Positions 10,873-20,000 of a DNA stretch of 20,000 bases are shown here, piece after piece (the stretch's first letter is position 1; every line of letters starts with the position of its first letter). The translations under genes and the position numbers were made by a program. The stretch comes from Mesotaenium endlicherianum (Eukaryota), in NCBI GenBank assembly GCA_009602735.1, contig WELA01003517.1, positions 564,471 through 584,470 of the forward strand, given 5' to 3'. The notes under the pieces were generated by a model that did no database searches, had not been told where the DNA came from, and saw only the letters and a list, made by a program, of their open reading frames with translations.

Positions 10873-13020
10873 GACTACTTCTCCAGCATGTACACCAATG
10901 CTGACAACGTTCTTAACGGTAATGAACACCTCTTAACTTTATATGGGATCAGACGGGGCAACGCTGGCCGGGGCAGTGGCTACTATCAGAGACGATGGGA
11001 TCTACATGAGCATTTAGCTCAGATCTGTGCAGATGACGAACCTGAGCTTACCACGAGCACTTGAAACGGCAAGCATGAGAAGGCTCAACATATTTTCTTT
11101 CTCAACGTGGCGTCCGACGTGAAAGTACCTGACACTAGCGCGCGACGCCAATGAAGATCAAGGGCAAATTACAAAACTGCTACATCAAACTTGCTTAATT
11201 ACAAAAGGGCAAATTACCAAACTAGCACTCCAACTTTCGTTTTTTCTACAATCTAGCACTCCAAGTTTTGTTATTTCAAAACTAGCACTTGCGCATGTAA
11301 GGTCATGCCACGTAGGCCTTACATTATCGAATGACGTGCCACACGAATTCGCACGCGACCCTTCCTCACACACCATTTCTCTCTTTCGTTTCCAAAATCT
11401 TCCACCACCACTTTTGTAACTGACCCACCTTCGCGATCCAAACTGCCCAAGGACGCCAAATTTCGGGTGGACACATTGTCGCTACCTTCATTTTACTCTC
11501 CAAAACTCTTTGTAGTGCTTTGTAGGCATTGACCGCTTTGCCGCGCCTCCAAATCGAAGACGACTTTTCGAACTCCATAGCTGGGTCTAAACCTTGGCGG
11601 GTCAACTAGGTACTTCTTATGGTGGTTAAATGTAGGTAAAACGTGGCGGTTAAATGTAGGATGTAAGAAATGTTCCCATGGATGCGCAGTTAAAATAGGT
11701 GCAACATGCTTACAGATAGGAAAGGATGGCCACAGGCAACCTCAATGGCAATGTGCCATAGTAACTAACCACTTGACTCAGCCGCTACAATTAGCTACTT
11801 GTGATTACGTTCCTACCTGAAATAGCAGAGAATGCGATGAATGTAGTCTCTAAAGAAAATATAGGGTTAGAAAATAAAGGCGCAAGAAATAGGTCACGAA
11901 AATACCTGTGGACCAATTTTTGGGCGTCCTTAGGTAGTTTGGTTCGTGAAGTTGGGCAGTTAGAAAAGTGGTGGTGGTCGATTTTGGAAACGAACGAGAG
12001 AAGTGGTGTGTCAGGTGGGGTCGCGTGCGAATTCGTGTGGCACGTCATTTGATCGTGTAAAAGCTACGTGGACTCACCTTACATGCGCGAGTGCTAGTTT
12101 ATGTAATAACGAAACTTGGGAGTGCTATTTGTAGAATAAACGAAAGTTGGAGTGCTAGTATGGTAATTTGGCCATTTGTAATTTGCCCGAAGATCAATGC
12201 TCGAAGGCTCGCCTTCATTCCGAGGATCATCGTGGACACTAAATATTTGAGATACTGAGCATTCCAATTTTTGTCGAACGTTTCATGTCACCATGCATGT
12301 ATTACGGAGTTTGGAATGGGAAGGGGAGCAGCACGAGGCAACCGCCATATACAATTTGATGTCCGAACATGCATATATATGACGCGGGAGAAGCAACGAG
12401 TCCGCCCGCGTTCTCTTTCAAATTTCAATTGCAAGCCCATATTGCTTCTTACTAAAATGGAGCAACCACGTGGTGAGCCTTAAATAATCTTTTTTGAATT
12501 TGTTTTGAAGTGTGTACCTGTTACAAAAGATTTGCAGCGCATGCAACTTGGCATGGTTTGTGGCAAAATGATAGAAGAATCGGCTCCTGTACAGCATATT
12601 TTTGCACCACGGTCATTCATGTGTCGTGTGGAGGGCTCATATGCCCAGAGTTATCTCATACTATATCTAATGTAGACAAACGTTGCGCTTCAGATATGAA
12701 TGAACAGCTCAATCAAGCGTGTGTTTGAGCATAAGACGATGGAGATAGTTGTGAAGATATGTTAAACTAACCGAAAGCTATGATCATACAATTCAACTAA
12801 CGTGTTGTGGGCTGACGCAAGCCTCGGGAAACTTTCAGCTACAGTTGCAATCAGATAAGCTTCCGGCACTTGCCTGGTAGGAGCTTACTGCCTGGAGCAC
12901 GCTAATATTTCCAGCACGCCAGATTGACGCCATTTGTTGTGAGAACACACCAGCATAGCAGAGCATAGCTGGTCAGAGGCGGGAAGGGCTTCAGCAGGCA
13001 ATCAGGGTGGAGAGGGCCCT
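10873..13020. promoter_or_regulatory. Shared divergent (head-to-head) upstream region of the SAFE1-like and SWI2-like genes
   Basis: Start codons at 10872 (-) and 13021 (+) point away from each other, 2.15 kb apart (about 1.1 kb without the MULE). ACGT-core motifs occur at about 11103-11122 and within both TIRs. Transcription start sites are not determined. Confidence 0.5.
11162..12188. mobile_element. Non-autonomous Mutator-like (MULE) foldback element, 1027 bp, long TIRs, 9-bp TSD
   Basis: Ends are GGGCAAATTACAAA ... TTTGTAATTTGCCC. The left TIR (about 11162-11460) aligns to the reverse complement of the right TIR (about 11918-12188) at roughly 85% by eye. A perfect direct repeat GAAGATCAA lies at 11153-11161 and 12189-12197. 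Long G-initial TIRs with a 9-bp TSD are Mutator superfamily hallmarks. No transposase ORF inside. Confidence 0.92.
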
Positions 13021-14194
13021 ATGGACAGCCCGGGCCTAGCGAGTCAAGGCTATGCTGATGGCGAGAGCAGGACTGCCAGCCATGCTGCTGTTGTCCACAA
13101 GCTGTACAACGAGGGTAGTGGAAGCTTCCTGCAGAGGTGGAGGCAGACTAGCACTCGGCCCCCTGGTAGCAAGCCTAAGCTGTCTCTGAGGTCCACTATA
13201 AGCAGTGGCCTCGAGTGTGGCGAGATTGGGGAAAGGAACAAGGTGCCAGCTGGGAGCGAGGGGAGGCAAGGGGGGCTCGAGGAGGCCACGAAGCTATTGG
13301 GTGGAGGGGAAAACATAAATATTCAGGCGAGGACCAAGGTCATGGTGCAGCAGAGCAACCTGGGTGTGAAGTCAAAGCAGGATAGCACTGGTGGGCAGCC
13401 TGCTGGGCTGCGGAGAGGCTTGCAGACTGGCCTCTGTGCTGCCACCAAGGGGGGTGTAGTGGGGGGGGGACAGCGGCGTAGTCAGGGGGGAGAGGAGGAC
13501 CTGACTTTGCCATCTGAAGCAGGCGCCGACAGAGGAGGAGGCGGGGGGGGAGAGGGTGACGCCGATGTTTGTGACGACGATGACGTCAACTGCGACGATA
13601 CCAATGATGAGGAGGAGGATATGGAGATTGACTCACAGGCAGAGGCGGTTGACGTCCACTTACTCTTACAGTCTAGAAAGAGCCGACAGGTGGCAGAGGC
13701 AGAGCCTCTGAGGGTGTGGCCCCTTCCCAGCCCACCAGTTCGGCCTGCAGAGGGCCAAGGACAGGTGGCAGAGACTCAGCAGGAGGAGGGGCGGCAGGGG
13801 CAGGGCAGGCGCTCGGAAAGTGATGCTGACGTGGTGGAAGTGCCAGCTGTCATCAATGGGAGGCTGCTGGAGCATCAGCGGGAGGGGGTGAAGTTTCTGT
13901 ACAGGTGTTATCGTGAGAGGCGGGGCGCTGTGCTTGCCGACGACATGTGAGGCCTCTGGCAATGATGTCCTGGCATGCCCCCCGAGTTCCCACCACGCAA
14001 TCACACATTTACACACGCACACATGCACTCACCCTTTTACACATCCGCACACACGCCCTCATGCTCATGCACACACCCACACATGCACTTACCCGTTTAC
14101 ACATCCGCACACACGCACGCATGCTCATGCATACACGCACAAACGTATATGTGCACGCGCGTGTGCACACAGACACACAGACACACAAAGACAC

Positions 14195-14226
<32 letters not shown>

Positions 14227-17200
14227 GCATAGGGAGAGAAAGACATATACAGACACACATGCATGAATGTTTACCCACCCACTCATACACGCATGCGCAC
14301 ACGTGCGCTTGTGCAACCCTGCCAGTTGCATCAGCCCATGGGGTGCTAACTCTTTTCATCTGAAGGGGCTTCTTGGCGAAAGAAATCAAAGTATTTTCGG
14401 TTGGCGATTTTTCAAAAATTCTTGCTCTTCTGCGATTAAAATCAATCCTGGACGAATCTGGTGACTTAAATCAAAAGGTCTAACTATCATGCGGCAAAAT
14501 TCAATATACTAGGCACCCTTGCGACATACCTGGCCACATATTTTGGTTGAATTGTAAATAATATGCAATTTTTGGCGCCTTCGTCAAGTACATTGCTCCC
14601 TGCGTCGGGATTTAACATTGCGCAAAAATTCAGTGAGATAAGGATTTCAATGGACCAACTTGCAAGTTTGGCAAAAAAATCAATATTTTGGGGATCGTCG
14701 CGACAGTTAGCACCCCATGCATCAGCCCATACATGCAACAGCGTCCCCTCAAGCGCCTCCCGCCCAGCTCCAGGATTCGAACCAAAAACAGTCAGGCTGA
14801 ACCCTTCAGAGCACATCCCAGGGTGTGGGAAGGGAGGGAAAAAGAACGCCTGCTCCGAAGCCGCCCGCTGACATCAGGGCCCACCCCGCGCGCGTGCGTG
14901 TGCTGCGCAGGGGCCTGGGCAAGACCATCCAGACAATCGCTTTCCTGTCCGCCGTCTTCCACAAGACAGGCAGCCGCGACGTCGACCTCCTCCTCGACCC
15001 TGCCCGCGCGCGCCCCCCGCCGCGGGCCCCCGCCGGGCGCACGTGGGGCAAGACCGACGCATACGACGACAACGAGAGCGTTGGGAAGGCCGTGCTGGTG
15101 GTGGCCCCCACGAGCGTGCTGCACAACTGGGAGCGCGAGTTTGAGAGCTGGGGCACCTTCCGGGTGGGGCTGTTCCACGGGGCCTCGCGCGACGCCGTCA
15201 TGCGCCGCCTGCTCTCCGGCCACCTGGAGGTTTGCAACTCGCTCTCCCACACCCTGCCGCTTCTCTCTCTCTCCCTTCCTCCCTCCCCCTCCCCCTGCAA
15301 CCCTCCGTCCCTCCGTCCCCCCTTTTCTTCCACCCTCTTTCTCCCCCTCCCTCCCTCCGCCCCTCTCTCACCCTCTTTCTCGTACTTGTTCCCCCCCTTT
15401 CTCTGCTCATTCACTCCCTTGCGCTCCATCTAGCATCCGTGTGCATGCGTATGTGCATGTGCAATATCAGCACGTGCGTGTGCACACAAGCGTATGTGTA
15501 CGCGTGCGTGTGAAGACTTGGCAGCCCCCACCGTAGCTGAGGCGCCCTCCTTGCTGTGTGCGTGCCTGCCTGTCGACAAGCCAGGTGGTCATCACGAGCT
15601 ACGACACGTGTCGGGTGTCGGAGAGCCAGCTGTGCTCGGTGGCGTGGCACTGCGTGGTGGTGGACGAGGTGCACCGCCTGAAGAGCCACCAGTCGCAGCT
15701 CTACCGCGCCTGCTCCCGGGTTTGCCCCCCCGCACCCACCCCTCCTCTCCCCTCCTCTCCCCTCCTCTCCCCTCCCCGCCCCCCCCTCCTCGCTCCTCCC
15801 CTCTCCCTCTCCCTCTCTCTCTCTCTCTCTCCCTTTTGCTGTGCGGATGGGCAGAAGCTGACGGCCCTCTTGAGATCTGCATTCCTGGTGTCATGATGAG
15901 AGCTGCAATTGTTTGCTGAGAGGCCCCAGTGAGACTGTTTGAGATCCCGAGTATTGCGTGCAAACGTCATGTGTGCCCTCCCCGGATGGCCCCAGACAGA
16001 CAGACATGGGGAGGGAGGGGTGGCAGGCGGGAGGGAGGGAGGGAGGGAGCAGGGAGGCAGAGGGCTGCCACAGGCCGAGAGGGTCAGACAGCGAGGGGGA
16101 GAGAGGGCGTGGGCGGCTGGACGCGCGCGGGCTTCGCTCCTCCACGCAGGGGCTCTCCCAAAGAGTGTGGATGCAGAGCAAGAGGGCATTCATGCCAGGT
16201 GGAGGCGGCAGAGGAGGACAACTAGTAGTAGGAGGAGGAGGAGGCTTTTTCCCTGGCCCTGGTGCTGACACGCTCCTGGGCTTGTGGGTTCCGGGCTTGT
16301 GTGTGTGCGTGTGGGGATGCACGTGCGGCCGACAGCTGGTGACCATGCGGCGCTACGGGCTGAGCGGGACGGTGATGCACAACCGGTACGGCGAGCTGTT
16401 CAACGTGTTTGACTGGGCGGCGCCCGGCTGCCTGGGGAGCCGCGCGCAGTTCCGCGACTACTACGACTCCCCCCTCAAGATGGTGCGCTCTCTTGCCCTC
16501 CTCCCCTTCTCACCCTCCCTTCCTGGCTCTCTCTCCCTCTCCTGCTCTCTCGCCTCCCTTTGTCTGCCCGCTCTCTCCGGGCGCCCGCTGCTCCTGTGCC
16601 CGCCCTGCCTCCACCTAGCCATCACCTCGCGCAAGGCCCTGCTGGTGTCTGGCGTCCGGCTGAGTGTTGATGCAATGCCGTGCCACTTTGGGCTGCTGCA
16701 ACTCTCTCGGCGGTTGCTTGCGCTGCCCTCTCTCAAACAAGGTCTTATGTGCAGAGAGGGAGAGAGGGAGAGAGGGAAATGGGAAGTGGAGTGAGTGAGG
16801 CACGGGGGAGAGAGAGAAGTGGGAGGGATGGACGCATACTTGGGCTGCAGGAGGGGCCATTGCAAGCATGATATGGTTGCCAAATGAGACATCTGACTGC
16901 TGCCACTGCTGCTGCTGGTTGCGGATCAGCTTGAGGCTAACCTAGAGATCTAAGGGGGGGGGGCATGCGGGGGCGTGCAGGGGCAGCGCATAAACGCGCC
17001 GGCGCATTTTGTGCAGCAGGCCAACGAGCGCAAGGCGCGGCTGGTGGAGGTGCTGGCGCGCCATATGGTGCGGCGCACCAAGGGCGCCACCATGGGGCAC
17101 CTGCTGTCGCACGGCAAGGAGGACAACGTGGTGTTCTGCGCCATGGCCCCGCTGCAGAAGGCGGTGTACCGCCGCGTGCTGCGCAGCCCCGACTTCCGCC

Positions 17201-19286
17201 TGCTGGCGCTCAAGGACGAGCCCTGCAGGTGCGCTCCAGAGGCGTTGACACCACGGGAAAGATGCGTGTGTCGTACGCGAAGGGGGAAGAATGTTGTTTG
17301 GGATGTGCTCAGAGAGTGCGAGTCTTGCAGGCGTTGCTTTCTCACGCCAATGGAGAGAGGTATATGCCGCAGGGGATTGAGAGGAACACACGTGTGAGAT
17401 GTACACGGGAGGGCCAAGAACGTGAATGGAGACCAAGATGTTCACGGACGCGCCAGACTTGTCAGCAGTTGGCTTCCTTAGCACACGCTTTCTCAAAGAG
17501 CCCCTCACTTCCTCCCCCGCACCCCCTCTGCCCCCCCGGCCCCATTCGGAGGGGCACCTGCAACGCGTGACGAGGAAGGATCCGAAGGGAACGTGCATTG
17601 TCTCTCCAATCATCACTGCAAGACTGCCGCCCTCGTTGGTGTTGCAGCAGCGTGGAGCTGCGGGCCCCTCATTGCACGCGTCCGCCCTCTCTTCGCTTCT
17701 TCTTCTTGCTGGGGAGTCAGCCGCGTGCGCGTGCTTGCATGCGTGCTTGCATATATGTGTGTGCGCATGCGTGGTGTGCGCGGTGGATGTGCACGAGCTC
17801 TTCACCACGCGTGCAGGCGCGGGGGCACCTCCCACAAGCGAACCCAGAGCGTGGCTGCTGTCTGAGGCGGCAAGGATGAAGCGGGCGCTCGACTGAGCCC
17901 AGAGCCTGCCTCCATCACCCTCTCTTTGGCTCAGTCGATATCAAGTCGGACCAACTCAGGTGCTGGGCCGTGGGGGGCGTGGTGCTTCACCTCCCCCCCT
18001 CCCCCCTCCTCTGCGCGCACCCCCTTCCCCCCATGAGTCCTCTGAGAATTAAGACATGGCGTTCTGTTGCATCCCTGCGTACAGCTGTGGGGGCCCGCGG
18101 GTGCGCTCAGGGTGCTGCCACGTGGCAGACGAGAGCGGCCCCATATGGGCGTACCTGCACGCAGACATGGGCGGCCGGCCGTGCGACAGGTGTCCCTTCT
18201 GCCTGGTGTTGCCCTGTCTCACCAAGCTGCAACAGGTATGTGGGTGTGGGTGTGGGTGTGGGTGTGCTGCTCGAACGCTCGCTCGCCCCGCTTTGCCTCT
18301 CCCTCGCGCAATCCGCTCCCTCTCGCTGTGTTGGTGCCCCCTCTTGCTTGCTTTTGGTTTCCGCTTCTGCTCTCCCTCGCCTCTGTCCTTCCTCTTTTCT
18401 TTTCCTCTGCTGGCCTCCCTCTCTCTCTATTCACCTCGTAGAAAGAGGAAGACATGATGAGTTACTCTAAAGTCATAACCCGCGTGGCCGCTTGCTCAGC
18501 ACACCCTGCGTTCCCCCACCCCCCCCCGCGGTCCCCCCCCGACCTCTCTCTGGCTCTGACTCTGCCCCTAAATACCGGGGGGGGTGGGAGGAAAGGGGGG
18601 GGAGTGGAAGTGCGAGAGCAAGAGGGCAACACCTGTGGCAGGCAGGGGACTGAGCAGGGCTTCCAGGTTTCTAAATGTACCTGCAATACTGAACTCTCCT
18701 TCACCTGGCGTTCTTGTTAGTGTTGAGGGGGGCCTGTGGGCGCCCAAGTGAGAGGCGTGTGCTTCTCTTTCTCCCCCATCGCGTGCATGCGTGTGCCTGC
18801 GCGGGTGCCTGGATGCGTGCGTGTATGTGCGTGTGTGTCCGCGCGTGTCTACGCCTGCATTTCTTTCTCTGGGTGTGGGCGTCTGCATGCACGTGCGGAA
18901 CAGCCGCCCTGCATGTGCCCTCCTCCCTTTCTTTCGTTCCCCGTGCGTGCATGCGCGCCTATTTTTGACATCTGCACTGCGCACACGTGCAAGTGACCTT
19001 CCATCCGCGCTCCCCACCCCCCTCGCCTGCCACCGCAGGTGAGCAACCACCTGGAGCTGATAAAGGCAAGCCCGCGGGACCCGCCCGCGAAGCACGAGAA
19101 GGACGCGGCCTTTGCGCGGCTGGCGCTGGGCGGCGAGGCGGCGCTGGTGGGCGGTATGGAGCCCGACGAGTCGTTCTGGGGGCGCAGCGACGCCGCGCAC
19201 TGCGGCAAGATGCGTGCGCTGGAGAAGCTGCTGCGCGTGTGGGCGTGGGACGGCGACAAGGTGCTGCTCTTCAGCTACTCCGTCAA
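13021..19286 (+). CDS. SWI2: SNF2-family ATPase, SWI2/CHR9 (At1g03750; ERCC6L2-like) ortholog; partial, continues past the window end
   Basis: Exons: 13021-13946, 14911-15229, 15585-15719, 16336-16482, 16981-17228, 18085-18235, 19039-19286. All are GT-AG and in phase. Motifs: VPAVINGRLLEHQREGVKFLY, LADDM|GLGKTIQTIAFL (Walker A), VVAPTSVLHNWEREF, VVVDEVHRLK (motif II), GLSGTVMHN (III), MVRRTK, KEDNVVFCAM, CDRCPFCLVLPCLTKLQQVSNHLELIK, HCGKMRALEKLL, GDKVLLFSYSV. These are diagnostic of plant SWI2 as recalled. The next expected exon (MLDIL...) was not found before 20000. Confidence 0.93.
14011..14141. repeat. 60-bp tandem duplication inside a degenerate CA-rich tract (SWI2 intron 1)
   Basis: 14011-14070 and 14071-14130 are near-identical (acacacgcacacatgcactcacccttttacacatccgcacacacgccctcatgctcatgc versus acacacccacacatgcacttacccgtttacacatccgcacacacgcacgcatgctcatgc), plus a partial third copy. 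CA-rich sequence continues to about 14300. Confidence 0.9.
14337..14719. mobile_element. hAT-type MITE, 383 bp, 15-bp perfect TIRs, 8-bp TSD, in SWI2 intron 1
   Basis: Left TIR CATGGGGTGCTAACT (14337-14351); right TIR AGTTAGCACCCCATG (14705-14719) is its exact reverse complement. Direct repeat CATCAGCC at 14329-14336 and 14720-14727. The AT-rich interior contrasts sharply with the GC-rich flanks. Short CA...TG TIRs with an 8-bp TSD are hAT hallmarks. Confidence 0.9.
18239..18266 (+). repeat. (TGTGGG)4 repeat, canonical G-quadruplex motif, immediately after the donor of SWI2 intron 6
   Basis: GGG runs at 18242-44, 18248-50, 18254-56 and 18260-62 with TGT loops; the intron begins at 18236 (GTATGT). 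Confidence 0.85.
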
Positions 19287-20000
19287 GTGAGTCAGCTTAC
19301 TGATAGCGCGCGCGCTGCGCTCTCGCAAGCCCCCCCCCAAACCGCCCCTGCTCCTCCTTCTCCTCCTCCTCCTCCTCCCAGCTCCTCGTCGTTACCTTCC
19401 TTGTCCTCTCTCCCGTTGCCCTTCCCTGTCTCCTCCTCTCCCGCCCCCACCTCACACCCCCTCTTCCCACATGCGTATTCTGTTCTCTTCACCAGCACTC
19501 CTGCTGCGAAGATGCAAGACTTGTTCCCCACCTGCCCCTCAGCCCGCCTGCCCGCCCGCCTGCAGGTGCTGGTGTAGCAGGAGCTCGGCATGTGCGCATG
19601 CACGTGCACGTGGCCGCGCCATATTTCTTCGGCATGGGGTCGTGATGATGCCAGTTGGGGTATGGCAAGCAGGGCACAATACAAATCGAACACGGGGTAG
19701 GGGGAGGGGGGTGCGTCTGCTGTGCTTGTGCGCGCACCAGCACGCTTACAAGTGGCAGGCATGTCTCGGTGGAGCACAGCCAACGGTTGCGTATCCCCCA
19801 GGCTGCCTGATCCTGTCTGTTAGGCATTGTGACCTCTCAGTATTGCAGCAGTCACGCACTTGTTTGTTTGATCAAGGAGCATATGCCTGTCTTCCAGAGC
19901 ATCCTGCTTGGGACCTAGGCCCTTGTGTGCGAGCACTTTTGCTCTCAGTTTTTTCCCTGGGAGCGGCGGGGTGGGGCAAGAGGGGAGGTGGAATGAGGGT

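Noticed and set aside
11366..12052. Two ORFs sharing VGQL.KWWW.ILET.ER.GV on opposite strands, resembling a duplicated peptide
   Set aside because: This is simply the result of the MULE terminal inverted repeats. No transposase motifs are present.
14011..14141. Periodic repeats as a CRISPR-like array
   Set aside because: Eukaryotic intronic context and contiguous 60-bp units without unique spacers.
19556..19600. CTGCAG|GTGCTG as a candidate eighth SWI2 exon
   Set aside because: In the required phase it does not encode the expected MLDIL... continuation, so the next exon probably lies beyond the window.
13913..19827. Many overlapping 60-300 aa ORFs on both strands (THTHTH, CVCVCV, Pro/Gly/Arg-rich)
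   Set aside because: These are read-through of GC-rich, low-complexity introns and antisense shadows of high-GC3 exons. The region is fully explained by the spliced SWI2 gene.

Overview
Eukaryotic, intron-rich nuclear DNA from a green plant lineage. The land-plant-like gene set and GC-rich, microsatellite-laden long introns suggest a streptophyte alga such as a zygnematophyte (inference). Four spliced genes were reconstructed by hand using GT-AG boundaries and reading-frame phase: (1) the 3' end of a DUF3598/BFA1-like gene (+, to 446); (2) a complete theta-class glutathione S-transferase (-, 1197-2835, 5 exons); (3) a complete plastid SET-domain/Rubisco-LSMT-family gene closely matching Arabidopsis At5g14260/SAFE1 (-, 4734-10872, 11 exons); (4) the 5' part of a SWI2/CHR9 (ERCC6L2-like) SNF2 ATPase (+, from 13021, at least 7 exons, running off the window). 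Two non-autonomous DNA transposons have intact ends: a 1027-bp Mutator-like foldback element (about 270-300 bp TIRs, perfect 9-bp TSD) in the shared divergent promoter of the SAFE1-like and SWI2-like genes, and a 383-bp hAT-type MITE (15-bp perfect TIRs, 8-bp TSD) in SWI2 intron 1. The most unusual pattern is a recurring polarised architecture of the long introns: C/CT-rich tracts just after the donor, and G/GA/GU-rich tracts instead of a polypyrimidine tract before the acceptor. This may reflect structure-assisted splicing. Homology calls come from recalled protein sequences, not database searches.
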